Shown here: one piece after another, positions 42,026 to 57,546 of the stretch
How positions within the stretch are numbered: the first letter of the stretch is position 1
Layout of the letters: each line of letters begins with the position of its first letter
Assembly: GCA_964016885.1 (NCBI GenBank)
Contig: OZ024741.1
Location: 271,250,001-271,314,000 of the forward strand
Reading direction: 5' to 3'
DNA: 64,000 nucleotides
Origin: Eledone cirrhosa
Lineage: Eukaryota
Translations under genes and position numbers: made by a program
The notes under the pieces: model-generated
Databases searched by the model: none
What the model saw: only the letters and a program-made list of their open reading frames with translations
What the model was told of the DNA's origin: nothing

Positions 42026-42225
42026 AAGTAAACGGAAACAACATGGAAATATATTAGTTTAACGCTTGATATAATAGAATCTTTATATTTCGGACACTAG
42101 TTTTTCATCAGAAGATAGAATAATAAATAAAATAGAAATATAGAGAAAGATAAGAGGTACGTGTGTATTTAGTCAGCCATTTTATGTGTGCGTATATATA
42201 TATATATATATATAGATATAAATAA

Positions 42226-42280
<55 letters not shown>

Positions 42281-42465
42281 AAGAGGGTGTGGTAAGATAC
42301 AAGGTGGACCATAACGCACCAGAGTACTCTATACTTGAAGTAGTAGAGTGGGTAATATGAAAAGATTCAGGACCCCGACGGCTGAGCTCTGGTCGTTTCG
42401 ACAACTAGATCCGAACAGTTCGGATCTAGTTGTCGAATCAGTGTTGCGACGAATAAAATTTATTG

Positions 42466-42560
42466 GACATATTACAATCGTTTCTCTTGCGACCAGCTTG
42501 AGGCACGATCGAAGTAATGATCGAACCTGACTCTGAAATCGCAAGGTCCTCAGATACGTC
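42466..42560 (-). ncRNA. Type I hammerhead motif with long stem II
   Basis: gacgtat-CTGAGGA-ccttgcgat..gtcgcaaga-GAAA-cgattg-TA-atatgtc. Confidence 0.75.
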
Positions 42561-42574
42561 TCGATTCTACGAAG

Positions 42575-43790
42575 CAGCGTTTCCATTTGGCCAGAATGCT
42601 TTTATATGGGTATCCTTTCCACATAGAAAACTCTGTGTTTTTCTGTCCTCCGCTGTGATGTTGACAACATGGCTGTTATCAACAGGTATTCTTTCGGGTA
42701 TCTTCGAAATTCTTTCTGGTTTCATTTGAATCAGGAGTTCCACTGAGCTCCCATTCCAGTTATACCTGGTTGATTTCTTTACAGAGAGGGTGGGGGGTGT
42801 CTTCACCTTCCTCCAAAAAGCCACCCAGGATCCACCAAATGTTGGTGTTCAATAGGATCTGGGACAACCTTATCTTGTGTGTTCTTCTTCCTATATATGT
42901 AGGGAAAAAGATGTATGGCTCGTTTTAATTGGAGCCACCGAATATTTTTGAGCGAGGATCTCACTTTTGAAGAGCACCGAGATGCTCCCATACTGCTTAG
43001 CCCTCTGAAGGTAGGCAATATTTGGCATTGCCTCCATCAACACACCTTCAATTGCATTCTGAGGTAAAGAAGCAGGTTTTCTCGATTCTATAGACACAGT
43101 TCTATAGAAAATTGTTTTCTTTAGGGTTGCAGCCGAAAACCATTCCCCCTCGACAGTTATATATTGTGCAGCGTCCTTCAGGTACTGCGCTTTATTTGAT
43201 AAGTCTATGTCTATGAATTCCGTTTCTTTGGCAACTGTCGTTGCAAATGTTTTTTTCCGTATGTATTTAATTTTGATTTTCACTTGTGCTGTTGTTGTTG
43301 TTTTTATTGTTTTTGTCATTTTGGTTGTTATTTTCATTGTTGTTGGTGTTGTTTTACACTTGGTTTGTGCTCATGTTGTTGTTTTCGTCTGTAGCATTTG
43401 TTTTTGTGATTGTTTTTTGTGTTGCTTTTGTTGATTTTCGTAATATCTTCATTACCAAAAGTTTCCATGCTACTGTCTGTTGACGCTGTTGACATAGCTA
43501 CAGTAGAATACATAACGTCTTCTTTCACATTCTCTTGTCCAGGAGCGTTCTGCAATTTCTCAGACTGTGGCGTTCTTTCCGACATTTCTTAAATTTCACA
43601 GATAATATTTTTTCAGTTTTCCGAAATTTCAGAGCAAATTTTCGACCCTAAGGGCGTGAAATTTAGAGAAACCAACCACCTGAAGTTTCGGGTGGTTGGT
43701 TTAATTTAAAAAAAATGTAAAATAAAATTTACAAATTTCAGATTTTCTCGTAGAAAATTAAACAAAAACTCACCAGCGAGTCGTCACACA
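42575..43790 (-). mobile_element. Frameshifted ORF1/gag-like remnant and 5' region of a LINE (Tx1/L1-like)
   Basis: Chained ORFs 43585-43334, 43337-42891, 42824-42567, ending in a decayed knuckle SFLCGKDTHIKAFW (cf. CX2CX4HX4C). Confidence 0.5.
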
Positions 43791-43814
43791 TCTACCCATA
43801 AATATATATATATA

Positions 43815-43936
43815 TATAAAGAAAAAGAGATGAAATCGAAAATGCAACTGGAGTCTTATTTTTTTTTTAAATATATATATTTAAAAAAAAAATAAGACTC
43901 CAGTTGCATTTTCGATTTCATCTCTTTTTCTTTATA
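43815..43936. repeat. 122-bp perfect palindrome centred on (AT)5
   Basis: 43815 pairs with 43936; followed by a short tail and (TA)n. Confidence 0.85.
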
Positions 43937-44014
43937 CTTTCACTCGTGTAGGACACCGGTTATTTTTCATTTTGTAAAAAAAACCTCACTTTCTAATATA
44001 TATATATATATATA

Positions 44015-44363
44015 ATATAAGATCAAAAGATGGTTAAAAGAGTTCCAAGTATTTTATTATGCGCATTTCAAAAACAAATATCATGGGATGATATCTGCGT
44101 TCTCATCAGATAAAATAGGGAGACATGATATGAAGCTTAAAAAACACTTGTGAATAGTGAAGTTTTAAATCAACATCTGATGAGAACGCAGATATCATCC
44201 CATGATGATATTTGTTTTTGAGATGCGCATAATAAAATACTTGGAACTCTTTTAACCATCTTTTGATCTTATATTATTTATACTCCAGTCCTACAAACTG
44301 TAGAGTGCTACTTATCCGATATTTGCATTGCTTTATTGTGCTACAATAAAACTCACCTCCTAC

Positions 44364-44366
<3 letters not shown>
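44015..44366 (+). mobile_element. Fold-back family B; hammerhead 44050-44117 (-), plus-strand copy has GAGA for GAAA
   Basis: Homolog of 32808-33162. Confidence 0.8.
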
Positions 44367-44453
<87 letters not shown>

Positions 44454-44458
<5 letters not shown>

Positions 44459-44680
44459 CTTTATTTGCCACAAGGGCGCACAAGAAAAGGGTATAATACA
44501 AAGACATGCCGGGGATTTTACATACAGTCGTGTAAAAAAATATAAAGTAACAATTATAACAATCGAAATCCCCAATAGGGGGAAGCGCCACAAATGGGTT
44601 GTTTAATACCGCGTCCATAGAACAACCCTCAACTCCAGGAGCGTGTTGTGCAAGTGATCCTTTCTTCCTTTTGCTCTCTT
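44454..44680 (-). mobile_element. Tx1/L1-like LINE 3' end abutting (TC)n
   Basis: Ends gcaaataaagaaat(ctct)n on minus strand. Confidence 0.65.
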
Positions 44681-44738
44681 TAAGTAAGTGCCGTACTAAG
44701 AGTGAGAAATGAAATTTCGTTTTCATTTTATTACAACT

Positions 44739-44775
<37 letters not shown>

Positions 44776-45306
44776 ATATATATATATATATAAATATATA
44801 AATATCTACATATATATATATAAATAGATAGATAGATAAACTACAACAATCAATCGCAATCGAGTATGACTTGGTAGTATATACCATACTATCACGAAGT
44901 GTTTTAGGTGTTGGTGAAGTCACGAGAAGACTGGGACACCCTCTCCACCTCCTTTGATCCAGGGAACTTCAAGGATGTGATAGCTAGAAGCCGAGAGAGT
45001 ATATATATGTGTGTGTGTGTGTATGCGTGTGTGTGTATGTATATTCACACACACACACACAACCACATATATATATATATACATACACATACACACACGC
45101 ACACATATATATATATATGTATATAAATACATATATATATATACATACATACATATATATATATGTGTATGTATATTCACACACACACACATATAAATAC
45201 ACACAAGCATACTTTTCGTGAACTGGTGATAATATGACACTTCGACATATATACAGTATATATATATATATATATACAGTATATATATATATATATATAT
45301 ATACAG

Positions 45307-45338
<32 letters not shown>

Positions 45339-45536
45339 CGTGTGTGTGTATATCTGTGTATGTATATGGGAATGACATTTTTTTATTTGATATTAAGTCT
45401 TTGAGTATGACACTTTACTGGCGCCAGATAGTCCATCGGGGAGGTAGGAATAATTCCTTTCCGTTACACTGGATATGAAAAATAGAGAAAAAGAAGTGAG
45501 GAAGAGAGATAAAGAGATAGATAGAAATATATATAT

Positions 45537-45586
<50 letters not shown>

Positions 45587-45810
45587 AAAGTTCTATTTAA
45601 ATTGTTGGGATACAACAAGCAAATATTTTTATAACTGATATAAAGCACTCGACAAGTATTTGGAGTAGATATACGATATTAACAAATGGAAACTATATTT
45701 ATAAAACCATATTTATTTCATCAGGATAGACTATCCTGATGGCTTCCAAAAGTAACGGTTGCATTTTGAAAGGGTACGTCAATGTTTATTTATAAAACTG
45801 GTATATATTG

Positions 45811-45875
45811 TATTTTGTCTGATGAAGGCATACCATAATTTAACTTGGTATCCTTGAAATATGTATAATGAAATA
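45811..45875 (+). ncRNA. Type I hammerhead motif, family C (element 45585-45920)
   Basis: tattttgt-CTGATGA-aggcatacca..tggtatcctt-GAAA-tatgta-TA-atgaaata. Confidence 0.75.
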
Positions 45876-46057
45876 AATATAGTTTTATAAATATAGTTTC
45901 CATTTGTTAATATCGTATATATATATATATTGTTATATTTGGGGAGGGTCATATTGTTATAATATTGCCAGAAATAATAACACAACACACTCACTGTTTG
46001 GTTTGGGTTGGTTTATATATATATATATATATATATGGTTTAGGTTGGTATATATAT

Positions 46058-46252
46058 ATATTTAATAAAGAAATGGCGTCTACAGGACTAGAACAGTTTC
46101 ATTCGGAGGAAATCATCAAGCATCAGGAATTTCCTGATGATTTCCTCCGAATGAAATAGTCCTGTAGAAGCTATTTCTATATTAAATATTTATACTCGGC
46201 TATGTATTGAGTACCTTATTTATTGTGGTTACTTCCGATTGGACCCGGGATA
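46058..46252 (+). mobile_element. Fold-back family F, damaged hammerheads
   Basis: Homolog of 30457-30597 and 56250-56415; stem III deletion in the plus copy. Confidence 0.7.
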
Positions 46253-46253
46253 A

Positions 46254-46294
<41 letters not shown>

Positions 46295-46302
<8 letters not shown>

Positions 46303-46851
46303 AAAGCGAGGATGTGTGTATGTGTGTGTGTGGACAACTTTGGACAGCTAAGGCTTATACAATTCTCAACCGAATTTGACCAAATTTTCTGTGCACGTTG
46401 CACCTGTCGCTAAGATGGTCACACCATAAACATTTTACAAATCGACCCACGTTGAACAATAAAAAATCGATAGCAAAATTATTTTTTTTAAAGTGCCTGA
46501 TGTAAGGTAGAAATCAATCAAAACAAAATCCTTATGGGACTTTCCATTCAAATGTGCAAGCTACAGCTGAAAAGTTGTAGGTCCCAACACCTACAACTTT
46601 TCAGCTGTAGCTTGCACATTTTTTTGTCAATCGCGAGAAAATTGTAGGTGTTTATTCTCCGCACTACAAGGCTCTTAAGCGAGCATCGATTTTCTTCTAA
46701 GTCACATGCCTGTGTCAGCAAACCCATAAAAACTAAATCCTTATGGGATTTTCCATTCAAACTTAAAATTGCTAATTTTCTTCTTTTACTTCCTAGCTGT
46801 ATATTCTTAGCATAATTTCAAATCCCGCGCAACGCCAGGTAAATCTGCTAG
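46295..46851 (+). mobile_element. Non-autonomous Helitron
   Basis: tatataaaag..tgtgtg 5' region; 3' cccgcgcaacgccaggt + ctgCTAG|T (46848-46851); internal inverted repeat ~46551-46622. Confidence 0.7.
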
Positions 46852-46936
46852 TATATATATATAAATGTATATGTATATATATATATATATAGTGACGAAA
46901 CATAAGTCAATTGCATGAACTCATAATCTTTTTTTT

Positions 46937-46992
46937 ACTGCTATATATATTTCGATGATAGCCATTGAATGGCTATGATCTCATCAGGCAGT
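46937..46992 (-). ncRNA. Type I hammerhead motif, canonical core
   Basis: actgc-CTGATGA-gatcatagccatt.c.aatggctatcatc-GAAA-tatata-TA-gcagt. Confidence 0.88.
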
Positions 46993-47051
46993 TAGTCAGT
47001 TCTTAGATATGCCAGCTCTGTGTTTATAGTGTTGATGGTATCAGAGCCTTG

Positions 47052-47141
<90 letters not shown>

Positions 47142-47149
47142 ATAGATAG

Positions 47150-47689
47150 ATATCTTTATTTATTTTACACATGGGCGTACAAAAATGGGACATTACAAGA
47201 CGTGACGGCAGGGGTTTTACATAAAAATAACTTTAACATTAATAAATAACAATAAACTATATATAATAAAATAACAATTGAAATCCCCAATAGGGGGGAA
47301 CGTTACTGCAGGGTTGTTTTACACCCCGTGGATAGAACAACCCTCAACACCAGAAACACGTTTTGTAGGTGTTCCTGTCTTCCCTCTGTTTATCTTCCTC
47401 AACCTACAAGTTTATATACAGAGAAGGTCCATTCACTCGGGCCATTTTCGCCACATTCACCCACCTTTCAGCGAATTTACTGGGGTGTAGCACCCCTCTC
47501 TCCACTCTCACCTTCTGTCTGAAGTGGTACTTAAAGAAGGGGATAAGTTGTTGTCCGGAGAGAAAGGTGTTTGCCCTCAGTCCTTTTAAACTCATCCACC
47601 ATATTAGCGCTTTCGCCATAGCCACCAGACAGAGGAAAACCGCCTCTCCTTCGTTCTTAAATGAAGGCGGCGGAGTGATCCTCACGATG

Positions 47690-47690
<1 letters not shown>
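47150..47690 (-). mobile_element. Tx1/L1-like LINE ORF2 C-terminus + 3'UTR; further 3' end at 47743-47872
   Basis: AVFLCLVAMAKALIWW..FFKYHFRQKVRVER..KFAERWVNVA; aataaag end next to (TATC)n/(TC)n. Confidence 0.7.
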
Positions 47691-47744
<54 letters not shown>

Positions 47745-48794
47745 TTCTTTATTTGCCACAAGGGCGCACAAGAAAAGGGGCCAATACAAAGACATGCCGG
47801 GGATTTTAGATACAGTCGTGTAAAAAATATAAAACAAACAATTACAACAATCGAAATCCCTAATAGTGGGGAAATAGATAGATAGATACATGCATAAATA
47901 TGGATCAAAAGATAGATAGACATAGATATAGAGGAAGAAAGAAAACGTGTATGTATGTGTGTGTATATGCGTGCTTATGTGTGTGTGGATGTGAATGTGT
48001 GAATGTGTGTATGTATGTGTGTATGTATGTGAGTGCATATGTGCATATATGTTTGTGAGTATGTCTATGTGTGTGTGTATGTATGTGTGTATGTATGTAT
48101 GTGTGTATGTATGTGAGTGCATATGTTTGTGAGTATGTCTACGTGTGTATGTATGTATGTGTGTATGTATGTGAGGGCATATGTGCATATATGTTTGTGA
48201 GTATGTCTACGTGTGTATGTATGTATGTATGTATGTGTGTATGTATGTGAGGGCATATGTGCATATATGTTTGTGTGTATGTCTATGTGTGTATGTATGT
48301 GTGTATGTATGTGTGTATGTATGTATGTGTCTATGTATGTATGTGTGCATATATGTTTGTGAGTATGTCTATATGTGTATGTATGTATGCGTGTATGTAT
48401 GTATGTATGTATGTATGTATGTATGTGTGTGCGTATGTGTGTGTATCTGTGTGTAGGTAGGTATGTGTATATATGTGTGTATGTATGTGTGTATGCGTTT
48501 GTATGTGTATGTATATATGTGTATATATGTGTATGTATGTGTGTATGCGTGTGTATCTGTGTAGGTAGGTAGGTATGTATGTATATATGTGTGTATGTAT
48601 GTAGGCATGTAGGTATGTGTATATATGTATGTATGTATGCATGTGTGTATGTGTGTATCTATCTGTGTATATTGACGGGAGGGGGGGGGGTGAGCTTAAT
48701 CTCTCATTATTGTCTGATTTCAGTAGTTTGACAAATTGGGATCACCATCAATCTGTGGTCACGCGAGTTTAATGGCGACTCACATACACATACA

Positions 48795-48897
<103 letters not shown>

Positions 48898-48969
48898 GAG
48901 AGAGAGAGAGGGAGATGGGTGTATATATATACATATATACAGACGTGCATATAAGCATACATACATACA

Positions 48970-49015
<46 letters not shown>

Positions 49016-49019
<4 letters not shown>

Positions 49020-49280
49020 AAGGTTAAACAAGGTTCAATGAATAAATCAAAGAATGAGTTTTACAATAGAATGGAAGAACTCAACATATTTTGGGTTTTC
49101 CGGAGTTATTAATATTTATTCAAAATGTTTTAAAAAATATACATTCGTGTGATAAAGTATATTTTATTATACATATTTCAGAGGTACTTAGCTAACTTCA
49201 ACAGTACGTCCTCATCAGATAAAATAAAATGATGCATGAGATACCCTGACATAGTAGATAGTTAAGATTCAGTCATGGTA
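49016..49280 (-). mobile_element. Family A element (non-inverted) with hammerhead 49160-49226 (-)
   Basis: Reverse complement of 2046-2307. Confidence 0.8.
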
Positions 49281-50419
49281 GTGAATAAGATATGACAAAA
49301 TTCAATATTTATATACCTTAAGATTGAGACATGAAAAAATTTACATATAATACAGAGGGTGCGTGTGAGAAAGCTTAAAAATACATAATAGCAATTTACA
49401 TAACTGTTAGAGATTCAAATAATTTAAATTATTGAAGAAAGAGGAAAGAAGAAGGACAGAGAGAAACAGATGAGGAGAAAATATAGTTACTAGAAGTATA
49501 GAAAGCAAAAGAGAATTGTTCAAGGATAGAGAGACAAGGAGGAATAATTTTTATAGTATAAAGCATAGGGAGGGAGGTTTGTATTGTCGTGGATGAATAG
49601 GGTGTGATTAGATAATGCAAAAATTATATATATCTATACAAACACATGAATATACATTTAGGCATAGCTTTGTGAAAGTGCAAACTCGAATTTTTGAATT
49701 ATTGAATTATCTAGAAATAATCCATCAATCTAAATATTAAATATATCTGGGTGTAATTATATGAGGTTTTAATTTCGAGTCCTTAGTTAATGAGAAATAT
49801 ACTAACAATTAATTATATACACTATATATATTCAAACGTATCCGGCTGACCGTTAAATTTCAAATCATTTATTTATGTTAGTTCAGAATAATGAATTAAT
49901 CAAAATGTATAATATTTCAGACTATAAAAGTTTATAAATATCTATATCAATATTAAAGTATACTATCCTATTTAATTTATAAAATCATATTTAAAGTATT
50001 TGCAAACATGAGAAGGAAGCATTAATATTTTCATCCTCACGAAGGTAATCCATGTTAAATTATATTAAACACATTTTTTTTTATATTGAAATAATACACA
50101 TTATATAATTTAGAAAATAATTACACTTATCACTTTAAAAATATTAAATTAACAATTAGAATGCCTTAAAGTATCTAAAGGCCTTATAATTAAACTTAAA
50201 AAAGGGTATTATTAAATTAGATATATGCCTTTGTCTAAATATATACAAAGAGCATATTGTCTAAAGTTCAAGACGATATTAGTCAGTTATACGTAACATA
50301 ATATAATATAATAAATAAGTTACTGTTAATATTGTTAAAAATTAAGGTTATTATATTAGGATCATGTAATACATATATACTATAAATATACAAATCAAAC
50401 TTCATGAATCATAAGGATA

Positions 50420-53400
50420 CGAACCAGATTCAAAGTAAAAAAGTAAAATGCTAATAATCGAAGAAATAATAATAATAATCGAATAAATGTGACACCACGT
50501 ATACCATCCGAGTCTACCTCGACTGTTGTGGAAAATAATCAAAAGTATAAACAATTGAAAATTTCCCTCAACGAAATCTTCCAGAGAGAAATTAATCAAA
50601 AGTATAATCAAAAGTATAATCAAAAGTATAAACAATTGAAAATTTACCTCAACGAAATCTTCCAGAGAGAAATTAACTCATGTATAAATATTTCTCTAGC
50701 TGAACGTGTTAAAATGACAATGGTGAATAAAAAACCAAATAATGAAATACTACGTGTTATTGACGAAATAGGGGATGAATATTTACGACGGATAAAAACC
50801 CCAACATTTTGGCAAATCAATGAGAGAAAAATGCTTAATAAAAGATTCAGACGAAACCAAACATCAGTCTATAGAGATATGAAGGGCAAAATAATAAGTG
50901 TCACTGAGGCCCCATCCCAGAAAGACATAGATTCCTTTTGGAGAAAAATATGGGGTGAAAAGAAGAATTTCAACCAAGATGCAGTGTGGCTAAGAGAAAT
51001 CAGAAAGAACTATTGCTCCTACACTACAACAAAAACATACAAAATAAGTGAGGGTACCCTTGAGACTGTGATAGGAAAACTCCAAGATAAGAAAACACCA
51101 GGAAGAGACATGATTGTCGGCTACTGGTACAAAAAAATAATACTGGTACAAAAAACTAATATTCTATCGGAGGTATCTTACTGACCTCTACCAACAAGTT
51201 CTTAAGGGAGATACACTTATACCAGAATGGTTGACATTAGCACAAACATTACTGGTCCCCAAGAACAAAGACACCCACTTGGCAAAAAAACTACTGATCC
51301 ATTGCATGCCAGAACCTGATGTATAAGATGTATACAGCCTGCCTCAACCTATTCCTCCAAGATCACTGTGAAAATAATAACATCATCACAGATGAACAAG
51401 CAGCTGGAAAGAAAAGGGTTTGGGGATGTGCTGAACAACTCCTAATCAACAAAACTGCGATGTCGGAGGTGCGACAACTTAGGAGGAATATGACTACAGT
51501 CTGGCTGGACTACAAGAAAACTTTCGATTCTGTTCCCCACTCTTGGATGATAGAGGCCCTCCAACTTGCTAAAGTCCCAGACATTATTGTCAGGGCCATA
51601 GAGAGGCTGTCTTCTTCTTGGGCTACTATCCTAAGGTTAAAGACAGAGAGGGAGGACTCTATTTTCACTGATAAAATAAAATATTGCAGGGGTATATTTC
51701 AGGGGGACAGTCTCTCTGTGATATTGTTCATCTTTTCATTAAACCCCTTGTCCTTTCTGCTCAAGAAATGTGAGGGATACGTCATTGGCTCACAGGAGGA
51801 CAGAAATACGAACCTAACCCATAACTTCTTTGTGGACGATCTGAAACTCTATGCCAAGAACATGGATGGGATGAAGAAAAATCTTGACCTGGTTACAACG
51901 TTCTCAAAGGATATAGGAATGGAGTTTGGCCAAGATAAATGCTCATACATGACTGTAAAGCGGGGGAAAACAACAACCCAATCTAGCATCATTGTCATCA
52001 ATGGTCTAACTGTTTCACCGATATCTGATGAGGACTGTTACAGATGCCTGGGGATAGATGAGAACATATCCTATAATGGTATTTGTAATAAAGAACGCGT
52101 AACCAGGGAATACTACACCCGATTAAGAAAGATCTGGTCATCGGAACTCTCTGCGCAAAACAAAGCAGTGGCTCACAATGTGTTTGCTGTGCCTGTCCTA
52201 ACACCAACGTTTGGAATACTCAATTGGACGATAGACGAAATCCGAGCAGTTGATGTTGGAACTCGAAAAATACTGAACAACACCGGAAACTTCCACATCA
52301 ACAGTGACATAGACCGCCTTTACTTGAAACGTAAGCAGAGAGGCAGAGGCCTAACATCAGTCCAGACAACATTTGAATGTCGCATCATATCTCTCCGACA
52401 ACATCTACGAACCTCGAAGCGTAGGAGCCCGCTTCTCGAGCAAGTCTATCTGCATGAAACAGATAAGATCATGAGAGTTGGGAAGGAACTCCTTGAGAGA
52501 TATTCCCTGTGTGATAATCAAAAACTCACACCCAGGGATGTCGCTCAGCAGTATCGCAGTGAATCCATGGATGAAAAACTGCATGCCTATCAGCAAAAAA
52601 TCATGCATGGATATGTTGCCAGGAAGTTCCAGAGTGAGAGTAATATAGATAAGGAAAGTAGTCTATCTTGGACCAACAACCGCTATATTGGCTCCCACTT
52701 TGAAGGATACGCTTTTGCAATCCAAGAACAGGAGATTAGCACGAAATACCTGATTCACAAAAGAGATAGGGATGCAGGCAAAACACCTAGATGTGATAAC
52801 AAGTGCAGACTCTGCAGAACTAACATCGAGGATATCACCCATGTCATCAGCAGCTGCCCAAAGATGTCATCGCGGTACTATCTACCTATGAGGCATGATG
52901 TAGTGGCCAAAACACTGTACAATGCAGTTCGTAAAAAAGATAGCCCCGATAATAAACATATTAAAAGCTACAGCAATGTGGAAGACATCCATGTACATAA
53001 TATGAAAGAGTACTGGTGGAATGTTCCAGTAAAAACCCCAATAAAATGCAGGCATAACAGACCAGATATTATGATATGGGACAGGGAGAAGAAAACATGC
53101 ACAGTAGTGGAAATTAGCTTCCCAGCAGATGCCAATATAATATCAAAGATTAGTGAAAATGAGAATATTTATGCAGAACTGATGAGAAATCTGCAGATAC
53201 TCCACCCTGATTACACGTTCAGATTTATGCCTGTGATTATTGGGGCACTGGGATATGTTAGTAACTGCCTCAATACAAATCTTGAGAAGCTAGGCTTCAC
53301 AGGAACAGAAAGAACACAACTAGTTAGGAAATTACAAGTACAATCCATTAATGGAACAGTAAAAATATGTAAAACATTCCAAAAATGTTGCATCTAATAA

Positions 53401-53627
53401 CTGCATATACACATGTACAGATACAAAGCATATACACATGCACACATACAACTCAAAACATACACATCCACATACAATAACATCCATATCTACACATGCA
53501 TGCATGCATATCTACCTAGTTGATGTTGTGTAAATTCCAATGAGAGAGTCTTGTGTCTTAGGTTAGAAACCGACTCTCTCTCTCTCTATTGGTAAAACTT
53601 TGTGAAATTATAAAACCAGAAGAACAT
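50420..53627 (+). mobile_element. R4/Dong-clade non-LTR retrotransposon (RT, CCHC knuckle, RLE); frameshifted N-terminal part
   Basis: ORFs 50489-51184 and 51319-53397; WLDYKKTFDSVPHSW, GIFQGDSLS, FFVDDLKLY, CRLC..H..SSC, RHD, NRPDIMIWD..VVEIS; 3' end runs into CATA repeats. Confidence 0.95.
51319..53397 (+). CDS. RT-zinc knuckle-restriction-like endonuclease portion of the R4/Dong ORF (692 aa open)
   Basis: Motifs as above. Confidence 0.9.
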   Translation: MYKMYTACLNLFLQDHCENNNIITDEQAAGKKRVWGCAEQLLINKTAMSEVRQLRRNMTTVWLDYKKTFDSVPHSWMIEALQLAKVPDIIVRAIERLSSSWATILRLKTEREDSIFTDKIKYCRGIFQGDSLSVILFIFSLNPLSFLLKKCEGYVIGSQEDRNTNLTHNFFVDDLKLYAKNMDGMKKNLDLVTTFSKDIGMEFGQDKCSYMTVKRGKTTTQSSIIVINGLTVSPISDEDCYRCLGIDENISYNGICNKERVTREYYTRLRKIWSSELSAQNKAVAHNVFAVPVLTPTFGILNWTIDEIRAVDVGTRKILNNTGNFHINSDIDRLYLKRKQRGRGLTSVQTTFECRIISLRQHLRTSKRRSPLLEQVYLHETDKIMRVGKELLERYSLCDNQKLTPRDVAQQYRSESMDEKLHAYQQKIMHGYVARKFQSESNIDKESSLSWTNNRYIGSHFEGYAFAIQEQEISTKYLIHKRDRDAGKTPRCDNKCRLCRTNIEDITHVISSCPKMSSRYYLPMRHDVVAKTLYNAVRKKDSPDNKHIKSYSNVEDIHVHNMKEYWWNVPVKTPIKCRHNRPDIMIWDREKKTCTVVEISFPADANIISKISENENIYAELMRNLQILHPDYTFRFMPVIIGALGYVSNCLNTNLEKLGFTGTERTQLVRKLQVQSINGTVKICKTFQKCCI

Positions 53628-53639
53628 ACATACATGTAT

Positions 53640-53925
53640 TTACAAGTATAATCTATTAATGGAACTGTAAAAAAATGTAAAACAATTCAGAAATTTAGCA
53701 TCTAATAACTACATATACACATGTATAGATACAGAAACATATGCATGTGTACACATATAACTCCAAATATACAGATCACACGCACACACGCCCCCCCCCC
53801 CCCCCACACACACGCACACATACTTATTTACCTAATCAATGTTGTCTAAATTCCAATGAAAGGGTCTTGTGTCTGTGTTAGAAACCCACAATCTTTCTCT
53901 CTCTTGGTGAAAATTTATAAAATAA
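53640..53925 (+). mobile_element. Older diverged tandem copy of the R4/Dong 3' end
   Basis: Homologous to 53333-53612. Confidence 0.75.
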
Positions 53926-54039
53926 TTATTTCTACATTTAGCACATGGCCAACAATTGACCCCAGTGCGTTACTGGTATTTTATTTTATCGACCTTGTTA
54001 GGATGAAAGGCAAAGCTAACCTCGGCGGGATTTGAACAC

Positions 54040-56238
<2,199 letters not shown>

Positions 56239-56351
56239 ATATATATATAAATTTATCCCGGGTTCAATCGGGGGTAACCACAGTAAGTAAGATACTCAAT
56301 ACAAAGCAGAGTATAAATATTTAATATAGAAAGGCTTCTGTTTCAGGAAGT

Positions 56352-56402
56352 GGCTTCCTGATGATTTCTCCCGAATGAAACAGTTCTAGTCCTGTAGAAG
56401 CC
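56352..56402 (+). ncRNA. Type I hammerhead motif, family F
   Basis: ggcttc-CTGATGA-tttc.tccc.gaat-GAAA-cag.ttctagtc.ctg-TA-gaagcc. Confidence 0.78.
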
Positions 56403-56464
56403 TTTCTATATTTTATATATATATATATATTTAATTAGAAAGTGAACAACACAAAATATAACTA

Positions 56465-56534
56465 CTCCATTACCAAAGGTTTCTGGATCACAGACGATAA
56501 TAATATATACGTCTGGATCGTTCGTCAGACAGAG
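56465..56534 (-). ncRNA. Type I hammerhead motif (duplicate at 60611-60680) in fold-back element 56428-56632
   Basis: ctctgt-CTGACGA-acgatccagacg..cgtctgtgatcca-GAAA-cctttgg-TA-atggag. Confidence 0.7.
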
Positions 56535-56695
56535 ATGTTATTCACTTTGTGTTGTTCACTTTCTAATTAAATAGCTCTGTTCTATACATAGAGCACTCTT
56601 TTTTCCTTTGCTTTTCCTTTCGAATTACGTAACATATATATATATATATTTACACACACACATATATATATATATATGTGTGTGTATGTATGTGT

Positions 56696-56728
<33 letters not shown>

Positions 56729-56729
56729 G

Positions 56730-56783
<54 letters not shown>

Positions 56784-57133
56784 CATTGACTCCTGCGTTT
56801 GTTTGTTTGTCCTTTTGAACTAATTAAATAGCATTCTTTTTTCCTTTGCTTTTCTTTTGGAATTACGTAACATATATATATATATATATTTACACACACA
56901 CACACACATATATATATGTGTGTATGCGTGTATGTGTGTGTGTGTATGTATGTGTGTGTGTGTATGTATGTGTGTGTGTATGTGTGTGTATGTGTGTGTG
57001 TACCATTGACTCCTGCGTTTGTTTGTTTGTCCTTTTGAACTATACGTTTTGAACTATGTTTTGAACTATGTTTTGAACTATGTTTTGAACTATGTTTTCA
57101 AATATATTTGTTTTGAAACAGCAGGTGATTTTG

Positions 57134-57380
57134 AAAATATAAATAGAAGCTTTCACCGTATTTTTTACTAAAGAAATTTTAACCTGATAGTGGGGTTTAG
57201 AACCCTCTAAGAAATGGAAAAAGTTGTGTTTTGACGTACTTGGGAGTCGAACTCTTTATGTTATCACCATCACATGTACGTCAATACTCATCTTTTTCCA
57301 TTTCTTAGAGGGTTCTAAACCTCATTATCAGGCTAAAAAATTTTAGACAAAAAATACGGCGAAAGCTTCTATTTTTATTT
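57134..57380. mobile_element. MITE-like imperfect inverted repeat (~245 bp; duplicate at 61096-61342)
   Basis: ~110-bp diverged arms around a ~25-bp spacer; no hammerhead core found. Confidence 0.6.

Positions 57381-57546
<166 letters not shown>

Noticed and set aside
42079-42116. Hammerhead-like CTGATGA..GAAA-ta-TA with atctt/aagat stem (relatives at 1200-1236 and 22546-22584)
   Set aside because: Stem II cannot pair and relatives have mutated cores; probably decayed, so not listed as a ribozyme
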